Notes under the pieces: model-generated
Databases searched by the model: none
The model's input: only the letters and a program-made list of their open reading frames with translations
Told to the model about the DNA's origin: nothing
Shown: positions 7,354 through 18,000 of the stretch, one piece after another
Numbering within the stretch: the first letter of the stretch is position 1
Layout of the letters: every line of letters starts with the position of its first letter
Virus genome (UHGV): UHGV-1352889
Length of the DNA stretch: 64,000 nt
Source of the DNA: a virus
Direction: 5' to 3' (one strand)
Translations under genes and position numbers: made by a program

Positions 7354-7707
7354 ATGGAGAATTTTGACCTAATACTTAGCCAAGCAGAAACCACAACTGG
7401 AAGGAAGCCGTACCCCGATAAGCCGAAAGAGCAGGACCCTCTTGCAATCAGCTTCAAAATATCTAGTCGGAAAAAGCGGATGCTACTTTGTCTTCAACAA
7501 ACAATATCATCAAAGACTGGAGAAAACATCTTCCCCATACGAACCTATAGGTTGCCCTATTCTATGGTTGTCAAGGATATATTCATTTATCTGTGCGGGT
7601 ACGTCCCAGATAGCGTGACCTTCGTAATATCTCGTGACGGCATCTTCCTTTACCTTGAATCCAGTGAGGACGGCTACCCAACTATTCGCTGGAAACTGGA
7701 TATTTAG
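7354..7707 (+). CDS. hypothetical protein (117 aa)
   Basis: ORF with the class-II motif upstream. Confidence 0.5.
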   Translation: MENFDLILSQAETTTGRKPYPDKPKEQDPLAISFKISSRKKRMLLCLQQTISSKTGENIFPIRTYRLPYSMVVKDIFIYLCGYVPDSVTFVISRDGIFLYLESSEDGYPTIRWKLDI

Positions 7708-7741
7708 AAACCTCACATCGCTCTACAAAAACAAAACAGAT

Positions 7742-8317
7742 ATGAAACCTATCGCACTCGCTCAACAAATCATGCTCCTTCATTCTTGGGCACGGGATAA
7801 TAATGGTCGTACCGGAAAACTTGGAAGCCCTATGGTTCTTCCTGCCCATGTCAAGGGAGAGTTCTATATTCCCCGGAACCCGGAGGATAATAGTCTCCAA
7901 TCTGAACAGACCAAATTCCAGATTGAATCCTTCGGTATTGGGGAGGTATTCACGTCAGGCATCTTCTTTGCGGTTAGGACACTCTACGACCCGAATGCCT
8001 ATGAGGATAGAACGGTGCGCATCATTCGTCTCAACTACCATAAGGTGAAGCGCGGAGAAAACCATGATTATGCCACCCTATTTTCCTACCATAATTTTTA
8101 CGCCGTTAGGTATAGCAAAACCCTTTACGATGCTATGTTTAAGGCCCGCCCATCTCTTGCCTGCTCCGTTAAATTGGGTTGTATATTTCCTACGGAGCCG
8201 GGTGCGGAGATTCTGTCCATGACGCCTGACCACATGGTGCTTAACATGAGCACGCTATCTAAGGATGAAATCCTCTCACTCCACAAAGATTCCTTCCAAT
8301 GCAATCTAAGAGTTTAA
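7742..8317 (+). CDS. hypothetical protein (191 aa)
   Basis: Start chosen at the ATG at 7742 inside ORF 7634..8317, downstream of the class-II motif. Confidence 0.45.
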   Translation: MKPIALAQQIMLLHSWARDNNGRTGKLGSPMVLPAHVKGEFYIPRNPEDNSLQSEQTKFQIESFGIGEVFTSGIFFAVRTLYDPNAYEDRTVRIIRLNYHKVKRGENHDYATLFSYHNFYAVRYSKTLYDAMFKARPSLACSVKLGCIFPTEPGAEILSMTPDHMVLNMSTLSKDEILSLHKDSFQCNLRV

Positions 8318-8431
8318 CCCAACAATTTCTTGCACTCCTTCGGGTTTCCCGTTTAACTCGGGAGATAATGGAGGAACAGAAAAAAGAATACGAACGAAAT
8401 CCAAAAAGTTATAACCACTACTATCAAGAAT

Positions 8432-8968
8432 ATGTTAGAACCCAAAGACTATCAAAAATATATCGACGAGGACATCAACCCCGGTGACTACATTGTCAGA
8501 GAACTGGGTGGAGAGTATTACGTGGGGAGAGTAGTCGAGCTTTCTCCAAACTTCTACAGATACAAAGTCTTAAATGCTTTCCCTCTGGGTGAGGGGGTTG
8601 TCCGTCATGAAGAAGCAATCAAATGTTACCCTACACCTCTTCGGAAGTTTAAGGAGGGGGACGAGGTAATTTGTAGAGAACATATAGGTAAATGGACTGT
8701 AATGGAGGACGAGAAGGATTCCGTTCTTGTTGGTATTAAGGATAAATGTACAGGAACTATCAAAGCAGTAACCCCTGCCTCTCTTCTTCTCATCAGGCCA
8801 ATCGACCTGCATTATCGGTTCAGAGTTATCGACGGAGCTATTTGGGACTTCAAGAAGAACCAGTCCTTACGTGTCAACCCTTCATGTGAGGGAACAACTG
8901 AAATGGAACGTCTCTGCAATCTTCTGAATGAATTAGACAGAAACGAAGAAACTTCTCTTGACAAGTAA
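8432..8968 (+). CDS. hypothetical protein (178 aa)
   Basis: ORF with GGAGG 45 nt upstream. Confidence 0.5.
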   Translation: MLEPKDYQKYIDEDINPGDYIVRELGGEYYVGRVVELSPNFYRYKVLNAFPLGEGVVRHEEAIKCYPTPLRKFKEGDEVICREHIGKWTVMEDEKDSVLVGIKDKCTGTIKAVTPASLLLIRPIDLHYRFRVIDGAIWDFKKNQSLRVNPSCEGTTEMERLCNLLNELDRNEETSLDK

Positions 8969-8994
8969 TAAAACCCAGATACTATTATCCGCAC

Positions 8995-9597
8995 ATGAAT
9001 AATACTACAGAACCAAACAAATTGAGCCTCGATAATATTCAGGAAGAGGTAGCCCGCATTCTCACCGAACCGAAGTCTATCATGTTGAAGGAAAGACTGC
9101 AACGGGAGTGGGATGCAGTCCCCGCATTCAACCTGCCCATCGACGCGCCTGCGGAGGCGGTTGCCGAGAAGGCTCTTGAACTGGGGGACTACGCCGCCAA
9201 CATCTTTGATATTGAACCCCCGCCGCTGGCGGGAGTTCAGTTCATCATGGCAGAAGTCGCCGAGAACCTCGTCACTGTGAAGGAATACATTGCCTTCATG
9301 CAGGAGCTTGAGAACCCCGGCAAGGCGTGCAATATCTTTACAGATTCCCACGTCATGATTAAGGCACTCGTCCTCTTCATGGCCATTCACCTCTTGGTAG
9401 CGTATGCCAGTCAGAACGACCCGGACCGCATTGATGAAGAGAAGGGAGGCATCTCCGCATTCCGTCTCTTCTCCGTGGCGAGCAATGTAATTTCCATGAA
9501 CCTGATGGAACAGTCTACTCTTACCTTCGTAGATAAGTCGGAGCTTGCCGAGAAGGAAGCTAACGCCCGTAAAATTATTCTGCCTCACGAAGCATAA
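8995..9597 (+). CDS. hypothetical protein (200 aa)
   Basis: ORF. Confidence 0.5.
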   Translation: MNNTTEPNKLSLDNIQEEVARILTEPKSIMLKERLQREWDAVPAFNLPIDAPAEAVAEKALELGDYAANIFDIEPPPLAGVQFIMAEVAENLVTVKEYIAFMQELENPGKACNIFTDSHVMIKALVLFMAIHLLVAYASQNDPDRIDEEKGGISAFRLFSVASNVISMNLMEQSTLTFVDKSELAEKEANARKIILPHEA

Positions 9598-9601
9598 AGC
9601 A

Positions 9602-9853
9602 ATGGAAATGACTAGCGAACAGAAGAAATATCGTAAACTTGTACGGAAAATTATTCGGACAATCTGTAAGAATTTAGTGAAGAAAGCTAGCGAGTATAAC
9701 ACAGTCCCTTTGAGGATGGAGTATGTTACCTTATTGGAGTTTGTACTTATGCCTCCTTCAGATTGTCACAAGATAGTAGAGAAAGAACTTGACAATCTCA
9801 TTAGTGAAGGTATTATTCCAGTCAGAAAGGAAGACGACAATGGAGATAGGTAA
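9602..9853 (+). CDS. hypothetical protein (83 aa)
   Basis: Start chosen at the ATG at 9602 inside ORF 9545..9853, to avoid overlapping the previous gene. Confidence 0.4.
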   Translation: MEMTSEQKKYRKLVRKIIRTICKNLVKKASEYNTVPLRMEYVTLLEFVLMPPSDCHKIVEKELDNLISEGIIPVRKEDDNGDR

Positions 9854-9863
9854 TCCTAAAAAC

Positions 9864-11834
9864 ATGAGCGTGATGGAGTTGGAAGAAGTGATTGCTATCT
9901 TCAATAGCTCCTACTACAAAGAGGGGAAAACCCTTCTCCCTGACACGGTTTATGATACGCTGGTTGAAGAACTGCGTTCCCGTTCCCCGGAATCCAAGGA
10001 ACTCGATAGTCTTGGGGACGACATACAACGGGGAGCCAAGACCTTCCGGCATCCTAATCCCGTGCTCTCCCTTGCCAAGATTCATGAGGGCAAGGACGGA
10101 ATTGGTATGGACCAGCTTCGCGGCTGGATTGCCGGACGTGACGTCGTGGTTGAACCGAAGTACGATGGCCTCACCCTCGTTCTGTACATTGAAAAGGGAC
10201 GGCTCGTCAAGGCCGTTACCCGTGGCAACGGAACCGAGGGGGAAGTAATCCCCCTTGATAAGGTTCTCTATATGGTCCCGCCAAGTTATGGCAATTACAC
10301 GGGAGCTATCCGCGGGGAAGTGGTCGTAGCTAAGAGCGAAGAGGGGCGGGTGGAAAGCATGGGGTACTCCAACCTCCGCGCCTGTGCCGTTGGTCAACTC
10401 CGCAACAATAAGCTCAAGTGGTCTGACTGGCTCATTACCTTCATCCCGTTCGATGCAAGTCCCTTCCCGGAGGGTGTTGAATCCCGCATGGAACTGCATG
10501 GGTGGCTGATGGAAATGTTTGACCTCGTAACCCTCCCCAATGAATGGCCAGAAGGCGAAGCTCTGACAGATGAATACATCCGGGACATGGCCAAGTACCT
10601 GCGCGACGACATCGCATATCCTACTGATGGTATTGTGTTTAAGTTGAACCAGAAGAATGCCATTGCCGCGGCAGGGGAGGCTACCGCCCATCACCCGAAG
10701 GACGCGGTAGCCTTTAAGTTCAACCCGCAGGGAGTTGAAACTACCCTCCGAGATGTCATTTGGCAAGTAGGCAGAACCGGAGTTCTTACCCCGGTTGCTG
10801 TCTTCGATACGGTGAAGATTGGTGGAACCAACGTTTCCCGTGCCACCCTCTCCAACGTGGCTAATGCGGCCTCCTTCCACATTGGTGATACCGTGGAGGT
10901 GATTAAGGCAGGGGAGATTATTCCGTACATCCGCAAGGTTCGCGGCTGTGGCAATACGGTTTCCGTTGTCCCTCTGACCTGTCCCTGTTGCGGCTCCACG
11001 TTATCCTCTAGTGACCTCAACATCTTCTGTACCAATCCGTTGTGCAGGGATAAGGTAGCGGCCAAGCTGGAATACGCATGCGGTAAGAATGCACTGGACA
11101 TTGATGGCATGGGACTTGTATTCTCACGTATGATTGCAGACAAACTGCTCGCCGGGGAGAATGATGTAGAGCCTCCGACCGCAGAAACTGCTTACCTCCA
11201 CCACCCGTTCCTGCTTCTCATGTCCGGCACGATGGACAATCTCATCAACGGAATCCCCGGAACCCAAGGGTACAGAGGATTCCTTGAAATCGTGGAGGAA
11301 CGGAAGCACCATGCAACCCTTGCTCAATGGATTACTGCGATGGAGATTCCCCATGTTGGTTGCACCCGTGCGGAAAGTCTCTCCTATGCTTACCCCAATC
11401 TCTACTCTTTCCTCACTCTCTTTCCCGAAGATTTAAGGAACAAGCGTCATGCGGAGTTCGGCCCCCTGATGACCGAGGCAATTCTGAATTACATGGAGAC
11501 CGTGCCAACGTGGAACGAGATGACGGCAATGGTTATGACAGGAGATATTCCCAATGCCGAGGGCAATGTTCCCAAGAGCACCGCGTTGCGGGGAGTAAAC
11601 TTCGTCATCACGGGAACCCTGTCCCAGCCTCGCCATGTATATAACCTGCTCGTTCAGGACATGGGAGGCACGGTCAAGGAGAACGTGTCGAGGAAGACCA
11701 ACTACCTTGTTGTCGGTAAGGAACCGGGGGAGCACAAGCAAAAGATTGCGAGGCTCCACAAGATTCCTTCAATTACAGAAGAAGAATTCATGCAAATGAT
11801 TAACCCTTCAATTACAAATGAAAAAAATTCCTAA
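9864..11834 (+). CDS. ligA: NAD-dependent DNA ligase
   Basis: The adenylation motif EPKYDGLTLVLY...TRGNGTEGE matches the LigA KxDG site. A CxxC...C zinc finger (CPCCGSTL) and a C-terminal BRCT-like FVITGTLS are present. Start chosen at 9864 after the previous stop. Confidence 0.85.
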   Translation: MSVMELEEVIAIFNSSYYKEGKTLLPDTVYDTLVEELRSRSPESKELDSLGDDIQRGAKTFRHPNPVLSLAKIHEGKDGIGMDQLRGWIAGRDVVVEPKYDGLTLVLYIEKGRLVKAVTRGNGTEGEVIPLDKVLYMVPPSYGNYTGAIRGEVVVAKSEEGRVESMGYSNLRACAVGQLRNNKLKWSDWLITFIPFDASPFPEGVESRMELHGWLMEMFDLVTLPNEWPEGEALTDEYIRDMAKYLRDDIAYPTDGIVFKLNQKNAIAAAGEATAHHPKDAVAFKFNPQGVETTLRDVIWQVGRTGVLTPVAVFDTVKIGGTNVSRATLSNVANAASFHIGDTVEVIKAGEIIPYIRKVRGCGNTVSVVPLTCPCCGSTLSSSDLNIFCTNPLCRDKVAAKLEYACGKNALDIDGMGLVFSRMIADKLLAGENDVEPPTAETAYLHHPFLLLMSGTMDNLINGIPGTQGYRGFLEIVEERKHHATLAQWITAMEIPHVGCTRAESLSYAYPNLYSFLTLFPEDLRNKRHAEFGPLMTEAILNYMETVPTWNEMTAMVMTGDIPNAEGNVPKSTALRGVNFVITGTLSQPRHVYNLLVQDMGGTVKENVSRKTNYLVVGKEPGEHKQKIARLHKIPSITEEEFMQMINPSITNEKNS

Positions 11835-12138
11835 CGAATTTACACGCAACCCCTTCACCTGTCGCCTCATTTTCCGTGAGGCTGGCGTTGCCATCTATGA
11901 GCTAACCCATAAAGGAAGCGGGAAGGTAAACAATTATGAGGTTGTCATCGTCCGTCAGCACAAAGCGGACAATGATTTCATCAAGGTTAAAGCCGGAGAT
12001 GAATACCTCCCCAGCACCAGTGAGTGGGGCCAGTATGGATGGACATTCCCCACTCTTGAACTCGCAAACTACAAAGCCAAACATATCATTCATGAACGTT
12101 CTATGGATAAATCAGGAAGTCACACTTCCGCTAACTAA
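11818..12138 (+). CDS. hypothetical protein (106 aa)
   Basis: ORF that overlaps ligA by 17 nt. Confidence 0.4.
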   Translation: MKKIPNEFTRNPFTCRLIFREAGVAIYELTHKGSGKVNNYEVVIVRQHKADNDFIKVKAGDEYLPSTSEWGQYGWTFPTLELANYKAKHIIHERSMDKSGSHTSAN

Positions 12139-12754
12139 ATCAGTAATAGATAAACAGGTTGAGGCCGCAGAGATAATGGGTCGTATCTGCTATAAAAGCG
12201 AACCGAAGGGCGACCCCATTGCGTTTCTCTCCCGTATCATTAACCGCGGACACGAAAGTGTCATCGAGCACATCAACATCCCGGCAGTCCTCTCGACGGA
12301 TAGAGCGGTGACACATCAGTTGGTGCGACACAGGCACATGAGCATCAGCATGGAGAGCCAGAGGTACGTCAACTATGACCGGAAGGGAATCATTTGCTTC
12401 GTCCGTCCGCAGTTCTTTAACGACGAGAAGGTTGACCCGAAGACCATTGAAGAGTTTAAGAATACCTGCCAGAACCTTGCGGAGAAGTACGTGGAACTTG
12501 TCCAAGGAGGACTGCCTCCCGAAGAAGCGCGGGGATTGCTTCCGAACTGTACGGCTACGGTGATTGGCGTGACTGCTAACCTCCGCGAGTGGAGGCACAT
12601 CTTCCGTATGCGATTGGACGGTGCGGCCCAGCCGCAAATCCGTGCGCTCCTTCTGGCCCTCCGGCAAAAGATGGAATTGAAGTACGACCTCGCATGGGCA
12701 TTCAAGGACATCCCCGTTGATACTAACCGACTTCATTCCGTTCCAGAACTATGA
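12092..12754 (+). CDS. thyX: FAD-dependent thymidylate synthase ThyX
   Basis: The ThyX signature RHRHMSISMESQRY (RHRxxxxxS) is present. Start chosen at 12092 where the N-terminus resembles ThyX (...ICYKS); upstream alternatives exist. Confidence 0.75.
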   Translation: MNVLWINQEVTLPLTKSVIDKQVEAAEIMGRICYKSEPKGDPIAFLSRIINRGHESVIEHINIPAVLSTDRAVTHQLVRHRHMSISMESQRYVNYDRKGIICFVRPQFFNDEKVDPKTIEEFKNTCQNLAEKYVELVQGGLPPEEARGLLPNCTATVIGVTANLREWRHIFRMRLDGAAQPQIRALLLALRQKMELKYDLAWAFKDIPVDTNRLHSVPEL

Positions 12755-13356
12755 GCCGTATCAGTCTCAAGAAGTATCGGGAACAGATGGCGGCTAACAT
12801 GAAAGCCCCAACCGCGAAGCGTCGAAGAGGAAAGTTCAAGTGCAAGAAATATGGAGATAAATTTTACTGGTATCGAGATAGCCCCGCGGAGCAAAAGAAG
12901 TTCTTGAGGGAGACAAAAGCTAACAAGCTTCGGTCTCGCATCATGCCTGAACATAAGCAACTTATCCATGCCTCTCTCCGGTCGAAGAAACAACTGACCG
13001 AGGAACAACTAACCTACGGTCGCATCCTTGCGTCCAATAAAATATCTACTGGTGCAGTTGGAGAAACTACCCCAGATGAAACCCCTAGCTGGATTAAGGA
13101 GGACAACTCCTTTTTCTTCCAGTTTAAATTTCATGGCTATTTCATCAAAGGTGAAGTCCCCGTGGCTCTTGTTGGAAGTTCCTCTGCGGCTCTGGAAATA
13201 TGCAGGAAGGCGTACAAGTTCGCACGGAGAATTACAAGGAAGTGGACAGTCAAAGAAGGATGTTTAACTCTACCCTCTCCCCGCCTCTTCGTCATAGCCA
13301 AGATGTCTATTCGCAAATATATCAACAAACAAATTTACAAGCACCTCACAAAATAG
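12751..13356 (+). CDS. basic hypothetical protein (201 aa, K/R-rich N-terminus)
   Basis: ORF with a stop-start overlap with thyX. Confidence 0.5.
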   Translation: MSRISLKKYREQMAANMKAPTAKRRRGKFKCKKYGDKFYWYRDSPAEQKKFLRETKANKLRSRIMPEHKQLIHASLRSKKQLTEEQLTYGRILASNKISTGAVGETTPDETPSWIKEDNSFFFQFKFHGYFIKGEVPVALVGSSSAALEICRKAYKFARRITRKWTVKEGCLTLPSPRLFVIAKMSIRKYINKQIYKHLTK

Positions 13357-13357
13357 T

Positions 13358-13864
13358 ATGCACGCGCACGAAGCAATCAACGCAATCGTTTCAACCAAGG
13401 TAAACTCACAGGCTTTTCCCGACCTGCCGGAAGGAAAGGAATCCATGAACGATGCCGTCAACCACCCGAAGCATTACACCTCCCACCCCAGCGGAATCGA
13501 AACCATAGAAATTACTGGCAAGCTTCCCTTCGCATTAGGGAATGCCGTCAAGTATTTGATGCGGTCACAGTACAAGAAGGACCGTATTGAAGACCTCAAG
13601 AAAGCACGATGGTATTTGGAGTACCACGCTAAGCACTGGTCCAAGGTGTTTGAAACGTTTGACCTTTACCTTATCCTTGAACAGTTCAGGCGCACGGTGA
13701 TGAGCCATAGCTACCAACGTAGTCCCGAAGATTCCATTCTGGTACGGCTCTTCTATATCTGGGCGCATGATAAGTTGGTTGAGGTAAACCCCGCATCGGA
13801 ATTGCAACGATGTATCGGCGAGATTACCCAGCTAATAGAATCCCTCGAAGCGAAACAGAACTAA
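13358..13864 (+). CDS. DUF3310-like phage protein
   Basis: The motif VNHPKHY...IE...GNAVKYLMR...EDLKKARWYLEY resembles the conserved DUF3310 core as recalled. Confidence 0.45.
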   Translation: MHAHEAINAIVSTKVNSQAFPDLPEGKESMNDAVNHPKHYTSHPSGIETIEITGKLPFALGNAVKYLMRSQYKKDRIEDLKKARWYLEYHAKHWSKVFETFDLYLILEQFRRTVMSHSYQRSPEDSILVRLFYIWAHDKLVEVNPASELQRCIGEITQLIESLEAKQN

Positions 13865-13872
13865 AACAAAAC

Positions 13873-13901
13873 CCCCGGAAGGAAATATCTTCCGGGGTTT
13901 T
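13873..13901. terminator. bidirectional intrinsic terminator at the convergence of early plus-strand and late minus-strand transcription
   Basis: A 9-bp GC stem CCCCGGAAG/CTTCCGGGG with loop GAAATAT is followed by TTTT on the plus strand and preceded by AAAACAAAAC, which gives U-rich runs on both strands. Confidence 0.65.
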
Positions 13902-13987
13902 CGCTTAGAACCCAAACAACTTACAGTCCAAACAGAATGATGTCGTTGCGGATTCTTTATACCATGCAGTACCTATGATGTCAATAC

Positions 13988-14371
13988 CTAACTGACAGGA
14001 ACTTCGTTTTTCTCAATGCTCGCCATCAGTTCGGCGAGCTTTTTCTTTCTGGTTTCGAGTTGTTGTTCGAGCCTCTCTATCTCTTTGACGTAATCATGGC
14101 ACGCATGCTTGGCCGCATCCTCATAGGTGAGGAAGACAGTGTGGTTGAGATATCCGTTTTCTATGGTTCTGAATCGGTGGTTGATGTATTCGATTCTGAC
14201 ACGGGAAACGAAACATTCAAAGGCGACATCAGATACTTCAACGGCTCTCACTGTGGGCATGCCACCGCAATGTACGTTAATGAACACCGTGCATCCCTTA
14301 TACAGGGGGAGCTTGCTAGCTTCTTCTGCGGTGAAGGTTTGGTTCTTCATACGGAGGGAAGTATGTACCAA
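13988..14371 (-). CDS. hypothetical protein (127 aa, C-terminal coiled coil)
   Basis: ORF at the end of the minus-strand operon. Confidence 0.5.
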   Translation of the reverse strand: MVHTSLRMKNQTFTAEEASKLPLYKGCTVFINVHCGGMPTVRAVEVSDVAFECFVSRVRIEYINHRFRTIENGYLNHTVFLTYEDAAKHACHDYVKEIERLEQQLETRKKKLAELMASIEKNEVPVS

Positions 14372-14390
14372 CTTGAAATAATGTCAAGGA

Positions 14391-14996
14391 TTATTTCAAC
14401 CAGCAGTCAGATTCGATATCGAAGTGAGCCTTTACGGATAGGTCGCAACCGCATAAGGTACAATAGAGAGGGGCCTCCCCGTTGGTCAGGTCTGCCCGCC
14501 CGGAAATTTTTTCCTTGAGGAATTTGCGGCCAGCTCCTTCGGCTCCACATGTGGCGCACCCCTGCTTCTCTAAATCCGGGGGAGGCGTAGAGGTAGCATA
14601 CGGACAGGAGGAACAGATAGCATAGCGGCGGCGTGCTTCTGCCTCGTCTACAAATCTGTGTCCCCGCCGATACCAGAGAACCATAGTACCGAAGAAGGCC
14701 AGTACCTTCTTGGCACTCATGGGTTCATACTCCCTCCATTCAATCCCCTTATCCCCGCAGGTAGTACAGTATTGGGGAGGGAGAGAGGAACAGAGTTCTG
14801 ATTCAAAGAGCGCAACCTGAAAGGGTTCTCCATTATTCATGAAGAGACGGGCAACGGATTTGCGAAGTTGTTCCAGTGAACCCGCGGAAACCTTGGTTCC
14901 CTTGAGCCTGACACTCATGGATTCAGGGACAACAAACTTCCAGCCACCCGGAGGTGTAACCATAACATGATTGGGGACTATACGAAAAGAGGGCAT
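14391..14996 (-). CDS. Cys-rich hypothetical protein (201 aa)
   Basis: ORF with several CxxC pairs (CTTCGDKG, CSSCPY, CATCGAEG, CTLCGC). Confidence 0.5.
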   Translation of the reverse strand: MPSFRIVPNHVMVTPPGGWKFVVPESMSVRLKGTKVSAGSLEQLRKSVARLFMNNGEPFQVALFESELCSSLPPQYCTTCGDKGIEWREYEPMSAKKVLAFFGTMVLWYRRGHRFVDEAEARRRYAICSSCPYATSTPPPDLEKQGCATCGAEGAGRKFLKEKISGRADLTNGEAPLYCTLCGCDLSVKAHFDIESDCWLK

Positions 14997-15046
14997 GGGA
15001 GAATTATAGCTCCCATGCCCCCGAAGGTCAAGGATATAAATCCTTG

Positions 15047-18000
15047 CTACTTCATCCGATTATGAATTTCCTCTGTACTCAATGCCCCATCAATCGGAAT
15101 GCTACCCTTCTGCATGAGGTTGATAATGAGTTGCTTCTGCTCTTCGATTAGGCGTTTGCCCTCGTCCGTGGTATTAGACTTCTGCAATTCACGGTTGAGC
15201 TTCGCGATAGCTTCACGTCCTGCTTGCGGACTAATGACGTAGGGCATGATGCCCTGCATGGCCGCGCCGTAGGTCTTGGCACTCATACCGGAACTCTCAA
15301 TCACGGAGTCCAGAACTTCCGAACGGATGGACGGGTCAAGCATGTTTGTAATTTCCGTAACGAACCGGACACTATTGACTAGCTTGGTGAAATTCTTCAC
15401 GGCATCCGCGGTTTCCACGGCTTCCATGAGTTCCACATCCATCCCGGATTCCATTCTCTTGTAGAAGTCCGGACGCAGAATGCTCATTCGCTTCGACTTA
15501 GTGACCGCCGCGTTGGCATTCTTTAACCCGGCGGCAAGGGCTTCGGTCAAATCCTTTGGACGACGGAGACCAGCACCGAACGTTTGCAACAAGTATGCCG
15601 CGGTACTCATGTCAGGTGTATCGCTAGCAAATTGTTTACCAGTCTTGACTGCCCAGCCGTAGAAGGGAATCTTTTTATTGGCAACCGTCGCAACTCGTTC
15701 AAGGGCTTGCCATGTATGTCCACTGCCAAACGAGGGGTTCAGTCCTGCGGCCAACAGGATTGCGTTGCCGACTGCCGGGAGAACGTTGACGCTTTCATCA
15801 CCGGAGAGGCTATGCTTGTAATTGAAGTCTTCCTCATTAAACAATTCAGAAGCGGCATTCAGAAGGAGGGATTCTTCGAGCACCGTATTTTCCAGCAGGT
15901 TTTTCAGTTCGGCAACCTTGTTCATCCCCCACTTGTCCACATCCATATCCATGAAGAGGCTGGGCAGGGTTTTGGCTAACACCTTGATGGTCTTGAACGG
16001 GTTCATGTATTCAAGGTTCAAATACTCGAACTCATGCCGCTTCATATCTATGATGCCAATCAAGTCCCCGAACTTATCATAGTCAGGAATTAGCCCACTG
16101 TCTGCCAGCTTCCTCATGACTTCCGCGTCGTCAATGATTTTACGGTCATCGTCATCTCCCAAGACACTGGTGATAATCTGTCGGGCAAACAAAGAAGAGA
16201 CCGCAGAGGTTGCAGAAATAGTTCCTACGGAACCAGCGGCGCGGAGGATAGCGCGTCCCAAGAGGTAAGCCCCCTCCTTCTTCATGCCGTTATTGATAGC
16301 CCACACACCATCTACCCCTTCGCCTATGGCGTGGCCAAGGTTGTAGACTACGGACTGGGCGGTATGGTACTGGAACATGAAGAACGGAGCCATAACTATG
16401 TTCAGGATTTTCACCCACGAAGGAGTACGCGAACCCGTGGGGAGCAAGCTCTTCACCATGTGGGCAGTATACCTATCCACATACGCATTCCAACTCTGGT
16501 CAGTCTGGCTCGCGTCAAGGAGTATCTGGTCCCGCGCATTGGGGTTGGCCTTGCCTTTCGCCCGTGCCAGTTGTACCTTTAATTGGGTGTCGGCAATCGC
16601 TCTCTGGTTAGTGAAGAGAACAATCTTGGCCGCCGCGTCCGGCAAGCCATAGGCGAAGGCCATCGTTTTGATGGGCCATGCTACCACTTTGCCCGCCATC
16701 TTGGCGGCATCCTTAGCCACCTCGCCCTTCGTCCGTTCCTGTTTCTCGTTCAGAGCTTCGGCGAGTTTGAAGAAGGAATCTTCATTCACTTCTTCGAATT
16801 CTCCTGCCATCTTACTGAACTCGTCAGACTTCCAGACGTTGCGCAGGAACTCCCCTTGACCTGCGTCCAGCAGACCAAGCTCTTGCCAGTAGCGAATCTT
16901 CTCGTTGTACCTGTCTTCCGCGGCCAGCAGTCTATCCGCGGAAGCCTGTGAACCAAGGTCCTTGCCTTTGGACAACCGCCGCAACTTACGCAACTGAAGC
17001 CAGTCCCCGACAAGGTTTGCGATGTCTTTACTCCCCGTGAATGGAAGTGCACCCGCATGGGTCATTTGAGCTACTGTACCATATAAGTTACGTAACGTGG
17101 AATTAGGACTAGCTATTAAGACAGAAAGGTTAGCCAAGCTACCCGCCTTACTCCCCCATCCTTGACCCTTGCCGGACTTCTGCCAGTACTTGCGCACCTT
17201 CTTATAGTCGTCCGTCCGACTGTTCATGATGTCGTCGCTCGGCCTGTAGATGTGATAGATGGCGTCGGCTACATCCTTGTCGGCATATAATCCGTTCAAC
17301 GCATTCTTCGTATTCTTCAAGGAGATTTCCACCATGTCGGGGGTACGGTTCGTGCTAGTCGCGGGTACGACTACACCCTGTGCCTTGAGCACGGTGGCGT
17401 ACTCGTCAGCAAGCAACTGGTTCACGGCAATCTTCGACTGCATGGATATGGTATTCTGCAATGTCCCAATGGCATCCCCAATGGTGAGGTCGCTAAGTTC
17501 ATACATAGCTTTCCTCTGCCATTCGGGCAAGCGTTTCCGCTGGGCCAGCGCATCTTCATTCGTCCTCTTCTTGGTCAGCACTTCGTCGATGGCCTTCATG
17601 GCATCGCTCACCGCAAGACGGGAGAGTTCCGGATATTGCAACACTTTCAAGTCGGTAGCGGAGATGACGTTGCCCATATTGTTTGCCCTCATGAGAATGC
17701 CCGCCTGACCCCGGAGAAGATTGAGCGTCTTGTCCAGTCGTTCTGCGGCATTCATATTCGGAGCGTTCCATATCTGGTCGATGGCCGAAGTCGGGATAGT
17801 GGGGATGGCCTTGTTCACTTCGGAAGCCACGGATGCCGGGGATTCAAGGCCGCCGATTTTGTCGGCAATCGTGTTTCCCGGAAGGCTGGAGAAGACATCG
17901 GCGAGGAAACTATCTCTGGCTTTCATGTCCAGAGTTTCTTTCATCTCTGCCATCTTTGACTTCGTGCGATAGTCTGCCTGTGCTATCATGCTCATGGCCT

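Noticed and set aside
8299-8487. 62-aa ORF overlapping the start of 8432..8968
   Set aside because: It overlaps two better-supported genes in another frame and has no conserved leader.
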